NCBI GenBank assembly: GCA_002170535.1
Contig: NHDW01000004.1
Location: forward strand, 250,190 to 314,189
Direction: 5' to 3'
From: Methylococcaceae bacterium TMED69
GTDB lineage: Bacteria; Pseudomonadota; Gammaproteobacteria; Ga0077536
DNA: 64,000 nt
Shown here piece after piece: positions 30,973-39,616 of this stretch (its first letter is position 1; each line of letters begins with the position of its first letter). A model generated the notes under the pieces. That model did no database searches. It was not told the origin of the DNA and saw only the letters and a list, made by a program, of their open reading frames with translations. The translations under genes and the position numbers were made by a program.

Positions 30973-32222
30973 ACACTATTGCAAAAAATTTAGTCGGCTG
31001 GATCGACCAGCGATTCCCCTTAATGAGCATCTGGAATGAGCATATTGCTCAATATTATGCACCGAAGAACTTCAATATTTGGTATTATTTTGGAATTTTT
31101 TCAATGGTGATGTTTGTTAATCAAATATTGACTGGAATTTGGCTAACTATGAACTATAAACCATCGGCTATTGAGGCATTTTCATCCGTAGAATATATAA
31201 TGCGGGATGTGGATTGGGGTTGGCTGATTAGATATATGCATTCTACCGGAGCTTCATTTTTCTTTATTGTAATTTACTTACATATGTTTCGAGCATTAAT
31301 GTACGGCTCTTATAAAAAACCAAGAGAGTTGATTTGGATACTCGGCATGTTTTTATATTTAACATTAATGGCCGAAGCTTTCTTTGGGTACATCCTGCCC
31401 TGGGGTCAAATGTCTTATTGGGGTGCCCAAGTTATAATATCATTGTTTGGTGCTATCCCTTTTGTCGGCGAAAGCCTACAGACTTTGATAATGGGCGATT
31501 ATGTGGTTTCTGATGCGACATTAAATAGATTTTTCTCTTTGCATGTAATAGCACTTCCTTTTGCAATCGCGGGGCTGGTTCTTCTTCACATCCTAGCGCT
31601 TCACGAAGTGGGATCAAATAACCCTGATGGAGTTGAGATTAAAAATCATAAAGATTCTGAAGGAAAACCTCTCGATGGGATTCCTTTTCATCCTTATTAC
31701 ACAAGCAAGGATTTCGTTGGGATTGTGGTCTTTCTAATGATATTTGCAGGGGTCATATTTTTCGCGCCAGAAATGGGCGGTTACTTTCTAGAGCATAACA
31801 ATTTCATTCCTGCGAACCCGATGCAAACGCCGGAGCATATAGCTCCAGTATGGTATTTCACTCCTTTTTACTCAATATTACGAGCCAACACGGTGAACTT
31901 TTTTTGGATACCTGCGAAATTATGGGGAGTAATATTTATGGGGTTTGCCGTGATGATATTTTTCCTATTGCCGTGGTTAGATAGAAGTCCAGTAAGATCG
32001 ATGAGGTATAAAGGCTGGATGTCGAGAACTGCGTTGGGAATTTTTGTATTATCTTTTTTAATTTTGGGATATTTGGGAGCATTGCCTCCAACCCCAGCTA
32101 GGACGATTGTAGCGCAAATATTTACCGTCATTTATTTTCTATTCTTCTTGTTGATGCCGATTTACACTTCTCTTGATAAGAATAAAAAAGTTCCAGAAAG
32201 AATTACGACGAATGGTCATTAG
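30969..32222 (+). CDS. petB: Cytochrome b of the bc1 complex
   Basis: RYMHSTGAS, LPWGQMSYWG, RFFSLH, HIAPVWYF. Confidence 0.98.
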   Translation: MNTIAKNLVGWIDQRFPLMSIWNEHIAQYYAPKNFNIWYYFGIFSMVMFVNQILTGIWLTMNYKPSAIEAFSSVEYIMRDVDWGWLIRYMHSTGASFFFIVIYLHMFRALMYGSYKKPRELIWILGMFLYLTLMAEAFFGYILPWGQMSYWGAQVIISLFGAIPFVGESLQTLIMGDYVVSDATLNRFFSLHVIALPFAIAGLVLLHILALHEVGSNNPDGVEIKNHKDSEGKPLDGIPFHPYYTSKDFVGIVVFLMIFAGVIFFAPEMGGYFLEHNNFIPANPMQTPEHIAPVWYFTPFYSILRANTVNFFWIPAKLWGVIFMGFAVMIFFLLPWLDRSPVRSMRYKGWMSRTALGIFVLSFLILGYLGALPPTPARTIVAQIFTVIYFLFFLLMPIYTSLDKNKKVPERITTNGH

Positions 32223-32940
32223 ACTGCTTGGTTTTAGCTTAGTTCTTTTGGGTCTCTCTTGCTATGGAGCGACAGGTGGTGGTTTGCAGTTGCTTGATGC
32301 AAATATTGATTTGAGCAAAAAAACTTCTTTACAGCGTGGGGCCGCAAACTTTTTCAATTATTGTTCCGGCTGTCATTCCTTGCAATATATGCGGTACAAC
32401 AGAATTGCCGAAGATCTAGATTTAGATGAATCTTTGGTCAAAGCAAATTTTATGTTTGTGGGAGACAAAATAGGAAATGCGGTCAAAGTCTCTATGGAGC
32501 CAGAAGATGCGAAAAGCTGGTTCGGGGTACAACCTCCTGATTTATCAGTGATTTCAAGGGTAAGGGGCGCAGATTGGCTGTTTTCATTTCTTAATGGCTT
32601 CTACACCGAGTCGGAAAGACCAACGGGTGTAAATAACTTATATTTTTCTCAAACTTCTATGCCACACGTTCTCTGGGAGCTTGAGGGTTATAAAAAATTT
32701 ATCAATCCATCGGAAGATGACCAAAACTCCGGCATAGCCTTTGAAATTGTAGTTCCAGGAAAGCTAAGCCAGAATGAATACCAAGAGTTTACTAGAGACA
32801 TCGTATCCTTTCTGGTTTATGTGGGTGAACCAGCTCGTTTGGTAAGATATAAACTAGGTTTTTGGGTTATTGCTTTCCTCTTTGTATTGTTCATATTTGC
32901 GTACCTCAATAAGCGTGCGATCTGGGAGGATATTAAGTAA
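32212..32940 (+). CDS. petC: Cytochrome c1
   Basis: LQRGA, CSGCH heme motif, PPDLS, MPHVL, C-terminal TM; start set at ATG 32212. Confidence 0.96.
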   Translation: MVIRLLGFSLVLLGLSCYGATGGGLQLLDANIDLSKKTSLQRGAANFFNYCSGCHSLQYMRYNRIAEDLDLDESLVKANFMFVGDKIGNAVKVSMEPEDAKSWFGVQPPDLSVISRVRGADWLFSFLNGFYTESERPTGVNNLYFSQTSMPHVLWELEGYKKFINPSEDDQNSGIAFEIVVPGKLSQNEYQEFTRDIVSFLVYVGEPARLVRYKLGFWVIAFLFVLFIFAYLNKRAIWEDIK

Positions 32941-33572
32941 TGGCATCTGTTCCAAACAGAAGATCGACTATGTCTCTATATGTTGATGAGAAGGACTTAG
33001 AGGGACATAGTGTTAGATTAGTTCTTAAAGAAAAAGACATCACAGCCGATATTATTTTTGTTGAAGAAGGAAACAAGCCCGAGGACTTAGATCTTTTAAA
33101 TCCCTATGGTGTCGTCCTCACTCTAGTTGACCGAGATCTCGTTCTTTATCAAGCCCAAATCATCATGGAATATCTGGATGAGCGTTATCCTCACCCTCCA
33201 CTTATGCCAGTTGATCCTGTTTCAAGAGCTACCAATCGGCAATTTCGTTATCGAATTACTAGAGACCTGTTTTCTTTGTCGATTAAGGCGGAAAGTAGTG
33301 AAGCCGAAGTTGCGTTGGATGCAAAAAATCAGATTAGGGATAATTTACAGGCCCTGACCCCTATCTTCGAGCAATATAAGTACTTTATGTCTGATGAATA
33401 CTCTTTGGTGGACATGTGTCTTTCAACCATTTTGTGGAGACTTGGACATTGGGATATTAAATTAGGCGGTTCATCAAAAGCGATATACAAATATGCAGAT
33501 AAAATGTTCCAACGTGAAACATTTGTAGCAAGTTTATCGGATTTTGAAAAGGAAATGAGAACAATAGTTTGA
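32940..33572 (+). CDS. sspA: Stringent starvation protein A
   Basis: GST-like fold; LVDRDL, EYLDERYPHPPLMPVDPVSRA. Confidence 0.95.
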   Translation: MASVPNRRSTMSLYVDEKDLEGHSVRLVLKEKDITADIIFVEEGNKPEDLDLLNPYGVVLTLVDRDLVLYQAQIIMEYLDERYPHPPLMPVDPVSRATNRQFRYRITRDLFSLSIKAESSEAEVALDAKNQIRDNLQALTPIFEQYKYFMSDEYSLVDMCLSTILWRLGHWDIKLGGSSKAIYKYADKMFQRETFVASLSDFEKEMRTIV

Positions 33573-33991
33573 TGATTGTACCGATTTCGTATGTTTTAAA
33601 AGCTTTAAAAAGTTGGATGGAAGATGTCGGACTTACTCCTAACATAAAATTTAGGTCAGGTGACCCTAGAGTTCGCATACCAGAGCATTTGAAAGATTCC
33701 GAAATTATCGCCTTAAATATTGGAAGGGACGCTTGTAGAAATTTTGTAATCGACGATGATTTTATTGGCTTTGATACGAGATTTTCAGGTAATTTATTTA
33801 GTATAACTGTACCAATAACAGAAATAACTGAGATTTATGCTAAAGAGCAGTCAGCAGGCGCACTGATTATGTGGCCAGACACAATCAAATTTTATTATGA
33901 TGATGTAGTACCGAATTTTGGATCTGATGTCCTAAAAGATGATTTAAAAGCAAAGTTAAAGAAAAAGCCTGAACTTAAACTTATCAAATAG
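33572..33991 (+). CDS. sspB: ClpXP specificity-enhancing adaptor SspB
   Basis: W..D..LTP, LNI, RFSG, IYAKE; C-terminal ClpX-binding tail PELKLIK; follows sspA with TGATG overlap. Confidence 0.88.
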   Translation: MIVPISYVLKALKSWMEDVGLTPNIKFRSGDPRVRIPEHLKDSEIIALNIGRDACRNFVIDDDFIGFDTRFSGNLFSITVPITEITEIYAKEQSAGALIMWPDTIKFYYDDVVPNFGSDVLKDDLKAKLKKKPELKLIK

Positions 33992-34003
33992 AGGCCCGTG
34001 GCT

Positions 34004-34549
34004 CTATTTGATTTCCCATAGAGTTACCACCTTTTGAACTCCACTAGTTTCGCGAGCTATTTTCGTCGCAATGTCAGCTTGTCCATTATTAACAATGCCT
34101 AAAAGAAAAACGGTACTATTATCGGTCACCACTTTTATTCGATTCGATTTTACGTTTTTCTCCTTTTTGAAAATTGCGGTAGCTAAAATTCTAGTCCTTA
34201 CTTTAGTTGTTAAATATTTGTCATTAGAACGGGATAACATAGAGCTTGGTGCGGCTAATATAGTAAAGTCATGAATCTTTTTAATTTTTGTTATTTGCTT
34301 TGCGCCGCTTATAATCTCCCTACGTAATCTTTCGTTTGGTATCTGGCCAGTTAGTAGTAAGACTTCGTTGTAGCTCGTTGCTTTTACATTAGTCAGTGCA
34401 TCTAGTTCATAATCTCTATTAATGAATTTTTTTATTTTTCTTTCAATAGAAAAATCCTCGATAAAAGTTCCTGTCGTCCGCTCTTCATTAATTCCGGAAC
34501 ATGAAACAATAAAAATTAAAATAAAAATTTTATATACTGACTTATTCAT
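34004..34549 (-). CDS. dolP: Dual-BON-domain lipoprotein (DolP/YraP)
   Basis: Lipobox IVSC, RTTGT..ED, LLLTGQ, D..LTTKV, VFLLG; synteny with gmhA/lpoA/rsmI. Confidence 0.85.
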   Translation of the reverse strand: MNKSVYKIFILIFIVSCSGINEERTTGTFIEDFSIERKIKKFINRDYELDALTNVKATSYNEVLLLTGQIPNERLRREIISGAKQITKIKKIHDFTILAAPSSMLSRSNDKYLTTKVRTRILATAIFKKEKNVKSNRIKVVTDNSTVFLLGIVNNGQADIATKIARETSGVQKVVTLWEIK

Positions 34550-35135
34550 TCTTTTCTACCATATTGTTTTCTATTAAGCTGCAAATACAATGTATGATTA
34601 CAAGATGAATCTCCTGAATTCGCGCTGTACTACTACTAGGCACTCTAATTTCTCTATCTCCTTGCTTTAAAGCTTTAGATGCTATACCACCATTTTTTCC
34701 TGTAAGAAGTATAACGGTAATATCCTTCTTATGAGCTTGCTCAATTGCTCGATGAATATTTATAGAGTTACCACTCGTTGTTATTGCTAGTAAAATGTCG
34801 TGTTTTTTTCCTAAAGCAGATATTTGCTTTGAAAAGATTTCGTCATAGCCATAATCATTAGCTATTGAAGTAATTGTCGAAGAATCGGTAGTAAGGGCTA
34901 GACCAGCAAGCTCATTTCGATTAATTTCAAACCGATTAACTAACTCGGAAGCAAAATGTTGAGAGTCTCCCGCTGAACCTCCATTTCCGCACGCCATTAT
35001 TTTATTACCATTCATAAGTCGGGAAAAAATTAGTGCGCTTATTTCAACAATGTCATTAGAAAGCGTATCTCTTACATTAGTCGCTACTGTGATAGTGTCT
35101 GCAAATATATTTTTGATTAAATGACTGCTATCCAA
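34542..35135 (-). CDS. gmhA: Phosphoheptose isomerase (SIS family; GmhA-type rather than DiaA)
   Basis: CGNGGSAGDSQHFASE, ANDYGY, TSGNS, RIQEIH...H; catalytic H/E/Q/H set appears retained. Confidence 0.85.
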   Translation of the reverse strand: MDSSHLIKNIFADTITVATNVRDTLSNDIVEISALIFSRLMNGNKIMACGNGGSAGDSQHFASELVNRFEINRNELAGLALTTDSSTITSIANDYGYDEIFSKQISALGKKHDILLAITTSGNSINIHRAIEQAHKKDITVILLTGKNGGIASKALKQGDREIRVPSSSTARIQEIHLVIIHCICSLIENNMVEKNE

Positions 35136-35173
35136 ATTTTCATCCTATTAGTCTAAACTTATTGTAAACAATT

Positions 35174-36418
35174 TTAGTCCATTTTCGCTAGCTTAACTTT
35201 TCCATTTTTAATTCGATATTTATTTAGATTCCTAATAACTATACCTTCATCATTGACGCGAAGGTATCCGGTTTTCCCAGGATATGTAAGAAACTCGTTC
35301 CGTTCCATTTGGTAAAGGTAGGGAATTAAATTAAGTGCATCATAACCAAAAGCGAAAAGCCTTGGATAGTGAGATTCCGTAGTAGCCTTAAAAAGGTAAT
35401 TGTTATTATTTAACATGGGTACATCGAGAAAATATAATCCATCTAGATCTTTATAAAATGATACATCTTGTGTAAAAGCGAACGCACGAGATCCCGCAAA
35501 AACGGGCAGTTTTTCTGCTTTGTGAAACCTTAACTGAGGTATTATTTGTCTTGCATTCTCATGATCCATTGCAAGCAGAATAACATCAATATCTTGGCGT
35601 CTTCTTGCCTCAAATTTTATCTTTTTTTGAATTAATTTTGTGATCATGTTCTTCCGTGCGTGACTTTCATCAATGTGCAATACTTTAGTAATTATTTCTG
35701 AAAAATTTTTTTCATTCGGATCGTAAACAATATGATCAAGTATTTCACCATGAGAATTACTCCATTCTTCAAGGTAGGCTTTAGAGATTCGCTGGCCCCA
35801 GTTGCTATCTTGTGCAATTATAATTGCCCTGGCTCCCTTTGTCCTTGCGAATTTTGCAACTTGTCTCGCTTCTTCCTCAGGATTTAAAGAAAAACGGAAA
35901 AAACCTTTCCTCCTATAATCTTTTGAATCATTTATATTCAGATTTAATACATCTATATTACTTGAAATTTGCCCCATTATTTTTGAAAGGTTTTCTTTCC
36001 TAAGAGGTCCAATTAAAAAATTTATCCGGTCTTTTTTTATACTTTGTGAAATCTGATTAGAACTCTGTGCATCCGAGGGGTAGAAAAATAATTTCGTATT
36101 TGCCATGAACCTTGGCGATGAATAATATGCTTCGGTCATACCATATATAATACTTTTACTTATGTTTTCATATGCGCTGTCAAAAGGTAAAATGATACCA
36201 ATATTCTTGGGAAGAAAGGAGTTATTAACTCGTGAAACTAATTTATCCTTGGAAAAGTCCGCTAGAATTCCTTTGGATTTGGTTGCTTTTTCATCGAATT
36301 TTTTGTTTTCTTCGTTTAGTCTTTTTTCAAATACGGGCGCCCTGTTGCTTGAGCAACTAGAAATTAATAGAGTAATCGTAATGAAATAGATGCTGTACCG
36401 AAAATGTTTTGCTAGCAT
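35174..36418 (-). CDS. lpoA: Penicillin-binding protein activator LpoA/LppC-like lipoprotein, short form
   Basis: Lipobox Cys22; IGIILP, IGPL.KE, FSLNPEEEA.Q.A, WGQR, RRRQDID, RLFAFGYDA, GKTG.L; divergent from rsmI as in the canonical locus. Confidence 0.85.
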   Translation of the reverse strand: MLAKHFRYSIYFITITLLISSCSSNRAPVFEKRLNEENKKFDEKATKSKGILADFSKDKLVSRVNNSFLPKNIGIILPFDSAYENISKSIIYGMTEAYYSSPRFMANTKLFFYPSDAQSSNQISQSIKKDRINFLIGPLRKENLSKIMGQISSNIDVLNLNINDSKDYRRKGFFRFSLNPEEEARQVAKFARTKGARAIIIAQDSNWGQRISKAYLEEWSNSHGEILDHIVYDPNEKNFSEIITKVLHIDESHARKNMITKLIQKKIKFEARRRQDIDVILLAMDHENARQIIPQLRFHKAEKLPVFAGSRAFAFTQDVSFYKDLDGLYFLDVPMLNNNNYLFKATTESHYPRLFAFGYDALNLIPYLYQMERNEFLTYPGKTGYLRVNDEGIVIRNLNKYRIKNGKVKLAKMD

Positions 36419-36441
36419 TCAAACTCCAGGACAAATATTAA

Positions 36442-37293
36442 ATGCAGAATAATTATCAAATCAGGAGGCCTTCCTTATACGTCGTAGGAACACCCATTGG
36501 TAATTTGCTTGATTTTACCATGAGAGCAAAATTAACTTTGAATTATGTTGATTGTATTCTGGCAGAGGATACCAGAAAAAGCCGCATCCTTTTAGATTTT
36601 TATCAAATAAAGACAGATATACGTCCTTTTCATAATTGGAATGAAAAGAAGAATGCAGGAATAATTGCTGAAAAGATAAAAACTAACAATTTAGCTTACG
36701 CTTTAATCACCGACGCCGGAATGCCTCAGATATCAGATCCTGGTTTTTTGCTTGTAAAAAAATGTATAGAAAAGACGATCGACGTTATTAGCGTTCCCGG
36801 CCCTTCTGCATTGACAGCTGCGGCCTCTTTAAGCGATTTACCTTTAAATCGCTTTGTTTTCGAGGGTTTTTTATCCAGGCGAAAAGATAAATTAATGAAA
36901 GAATTAGCTAATTTAGAAGACGAAACGAGGGGGATGATCTTTTTTGAGGCGCCTCATCGAATACTAGGGTTTTTGGAGTGTTCGCAAAAAGTTTTTGGGT
37001 CAGACCGTTACATTATAGTAGCTCGGGAACTAACAAAGACTTTTGAAACATGTTATAGAGGAACTGTGAAGGATGTCGAAAGTTATCTAAAAAAGAGTCC
37101 TAAAGAATGCAAAGGGGAATTCACCATAATTGTTTCCGGTCGAGAGGGGCATCCTGATTCATCAATCGAGCTAGAACGGTGGCTAAACATTTTGCTGATG
37201 CATATGGATCTAAAGAATGCTAGATCTGTTTTAAAAGAATTTGGGGTGTTTAGACGCAATTTAATTTATGATTCAACGTTAAAAAAAGGTTGA
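36442..37293 (+). CDS. rsmI: 16S rRNA C1402 2'-O-methyltransferase
   Basis: LYVVGTPIGNL, AEDTR, DAGMP.ISDPG, FEGFL, EAPHR, ARELTK. Confidence 0.96.
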   Translation: MQNNYQIRRPSLYVVGTPIGNLLDFTMRAKLTLNYVDCILAEDTRKSRILLDFYQIKTDIRPFHNWNEKKNAGIIAEKIKTNNLAYALITDAGMPQISDPGFLLVKKCIEKTIDVISVPGPSALTAAASLSDLPLNRFVFEGFLSRRKDKLMKELANLEDETRGMIFFEAPHRILGFLECSQKVFGSDRYIIVARELTKTFETCYRGTVKDVESYLKKSPKECKGEFTIIVSGREGHPDSSIELERWLNILLMHMDLKNARSVLKEFGVFRRNLIYDSTLKKG

Positions 37294-37322
37294 TTTGTTG
37301 TAAAAAAAGTGAAAATAATGTG

Positions 37323-37681
37323 TCGAGTTGGCTGGGCGGTCGCTGTTTAGATAACAGAGGAAAGTCCGGGCTCCAAAGAGTAGAATGCTAGGTAACGCCT
37401 AGGAGACGTGAGTCTACGGAAAGTGCCACAGAAAATATACCGCCTTAAAAGGGTAAGGGTGAAAAGGTGTGGTAAGAGCGCACCGCATTACACAGTAATG
37501 GCAAGGTAAACCCCATTCGGAGCAAGACTAAATAGGAGAGCGCGCAAAATTTATTTTGCCTATGTGTGACTCGCACGAGCTCTTGGGTAAGTCGCTACAG
37601 TCGTGTGGTAACATGCGTCGCAGATGAATGATCGTCGAATCTTTACTAGATTTACAGAACCCGGCTTATAGGCCAACTCGA
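37323..37681 (+). ncRNA. rnpB: RNase P RNA (bacterial type A)
   Basis: Terminal P1 helix TCGAGTTGGC/GCCAACTCGA; universal GAGGAAAGTCCGGGC and ACAGAACCCGGCTTA; AGTGCCACAGAAA, GGTAAACCCC; canonical rsmI-rnpB-mraZ position. Confidence 0.97.
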
Positions 37682-37893
37682 TTTTGCCTTTAAAATCTAT
37701 AAGACTTGAATAAAAGTCGAAATAATCCAAAAAAACCTCATAATATAATTTTTTTTTTAAGATTATGTTTTATCACCATGATTCTAATAGTTTTTTTTAT
37801 TTGTCGGAATCGCTTAGAAGAATGGTTGGATTTCACCTAAGTACTATTTCAGTAAAAGAACGACAACTTTATGAAAAATATAAGTTTTTTTTC

Positions 37894-37923
37894 TTGACAG
37901 TTTTCAGAATTGGTACGTATAGT
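37894..37923 (+). promoter_or_regulatory. Sigma70-type promoter of the dcw cluster (Pmra)
   Basis: TTGACA (37894-37899), 18-bp spacer, TATAGT (37918-37923). Confidence 0.75.
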
Positions 37924-37930
37924 AGCCTTT

Positions 37931-37956
37931 GGTGGTGAAAAGTGGTGAAAAGTGGT
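37931..37956 (+). promoter_or_regulatory. MraZ autoregulatory direct repeats
   Basis: Three GTGGT units with exact 10-bp period (GGTGGTGAAAAGTGGTGAAAAGTGGT) just downstream of the -10 element, matching known MraZ operator architecture. Confidence 0.85.
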
Positions 37957-37992
37957 TGCTAGAGGATCTTTAGAAAACCTAGGGTATGAAGA

Positions 37993-38451
37993 ATGTTCAG
38001 AGGAATAAATACGGTAAGCGTTGATGCTAAAAATCGACTCGCATTACCCTCTAAAATAAGAGAAATACTTCGTGACAATCAAATAAATGATTTAGTCATG
38101 ACCTTGAATCCCTGGGATAGAAATATTTGGTTGTATCCGTTACACGAGTGGATAAGGATAGAAGAAAAATTATCTTCTCTCAATGATCTCAATACTGAAA
38201 CTCGGCGCACAAAGCAAATAATGCGAGGCTACGCTACCGATGTTTCATTGGATAATAACGGTCGTTTTGTAATATCTACTGAAATGATAAAGCTTTCTAA
38301 AATATTAGATGATGCGGTAGTTCTTGGCCAAGGTAACAAAATTGAAATTTGGGATTCGCAACGCTGGTGTCAAGAGAGAGACAAGTGGTTGGAGGATGTT
38401 GCGGGCTCAGGTAGAGAGGGCAACTCTTCACTTTCTGATTTATCATTATGA
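37993..38451 (+). CDS. mraZ: Transcriptional regulator MraZ
   Basis: MFRG...VDAKNRLALP, LYP..EW, LDNNGR, IEIWD. Confidence 0.96.
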   Translation: MFRGINTVSVDAKNRLALPSKIREILRDNQINDLVMTLNPWDRNIWLYPLHEWIRIEEKLSSLNDLNTETRRTKQIMRGYATDVSLDNNGRFVISTEMIKLSKILDDAVVLGQGNKIEIWDSQRWCQERDKWLEDVAGSGREGNSSLSDLSL

Positions 38452-39359
38452 TTGAATCGACGCTACATCATTCTGTACTCAATGCCGAACTTTTAAGCTT
38501 TCTTGATATTAAGAAAGATGGTGTTTATTTAGACGCGACTTATGGACGAGGGGGGCATAGCGCACTCGTCTTGAGCAGAATTTCTAAATCGGGAAAACTA
38601 TTGGCCTTTGATAGGGATCGAGAGGCAGTGACCGATGCGCTAATTAAGTTTGGGGAAGATGGTAGATTTACCATCAATCATGCAAAGTTTTCTCGTATCT
38701 CAGAATTACTTTCAGAATTTCGAAACAAAATAGACGGAATCTATTTTGATCTGGGTCTATCGTCACCGCAGCTTGACAACGCGGAACGAGGCTTTAGTTT
38801 TCAGAAATCCGGATTCATTGATATGCGTATGGACCAATCTTCAGATGGAGGTTCTGCGTTTGATTGGGTGAATAGTGCTAAAGAATATGAAATCAGAGAC
38901 GTCCTGAGTAAATTTGGAGAGCAAAGGTATGCTAAGTCAATAGCTAAAAAAATTGTTTCCTCTCGCGCGCTTAAAACTATCGATACGACTCATGAGCTCG
39001 CACAAATTGTAAGGTCCTGTATTAAATACCGAGCTAAAATTGATCCGGCCACACTGACTTTTCAGGCGATAAGAATCTTTATAAATGATGAGCTCAATGA
39101 GTTAAATCTAGCCTTAAACAGCGCTGCCGAACTAATAGGACTAGGCGGCAAGATTTTAGTGATATCTTTTCATTCTCTGGAAGATAGAATCGTCAAACAC
39201 CGATTTCGTTATTTGGCAGCGAATGGCTTATCTAGAAGTGGTTCCGAATGTAGTTATCGAATAATTACCAAAAAACCAATTGTACCCTCAGATTTAGAAA
39301 AATCAGAAAATGCAAGATCGAGAAGTGCAAAATTACGAGTGATTGAGAGAACCCAATGA
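38448..39359 (+). CDS. rsmH: 16S rRNA m4C1402 methyltransferase
   Basis: DATYGRGGHS, DLGLSSPQLD, FQAIRIFIN, SFHSLEDRIVK, RSRSAKLR. Confidence 0.97.
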   Translation: MIESTLHHSVLNAELLSFLDIKKDGVYLDATYGRGGHSALVLSRISKSGKLLAFDRDREAVTDALIKFGEDGRFTINHAKFSRISELLSEFRNKIDGIYFDLGLSSPQLDNAERGFSFQKSGFIDMRMDQSSDGGSAFDWVNSAKEYEIRDVLSKFGEQRYAKSIAKKIVSSRALKTIDTTHELAQIVRSCIKYRAKIDPATLTFQAIRIFINDELNELNLALNSAAELIGLGGKILVISFHSLEDRIVKHRFRYLAANGLSRSGSECSYRIITKKPIVPSDLEKSENARSRSAKLRVIERTQ

Positions 39360-39613
39360 AAAAAGTTTTGGTAGTTATAGCTCTTTTGATAGCAAATTGT
39401 TTTTTGATTATAGAGCTTATAATGACTCGTCATTCGATAAGAGTAACTATGATCGAGTTAGGTTTCCTCAATAAGAAATTTGAACGATTAACTATGACAA
39501 ACGAAAGTCTTTTATTGGAGAAAGCTCATCTTAGTAGTCCTTATAGAATAGATATTATTGCCCGAGATCAGCTTGGCATGTCTAAACCCGATTCTAAAAT
39601 TCAGGAGAGATAG
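39356..39613 (+). CDS. ftsL: Cell division protein FtsL
   Basis: Single TM, coiled coil, RID.IARDQLGM; between rsmH and ftsI. Confidence 0.9.
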   Translation: MKKVLVVIALLIANCFLIIELIMTRHSIRVTMIELGFLNKKFERLTMTNESLLLEKAHLSSPYRIDIIARDQLGMSKPDSKIQER

Positions 39614-39616
39614 CAT

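Noticed and set aside
37682-37893. AT-rich spacer after rnpB as a replication origin or sRNA
   Set aside because: No DnaA-box cluster or stable structure seen; an AT-rich region upstream of the dcw promoter is ordinary
37931-37956. Short tandem repeat as a novel element or CRISPR remnant
   Set aside because: Fully explained as the known MraZ operator
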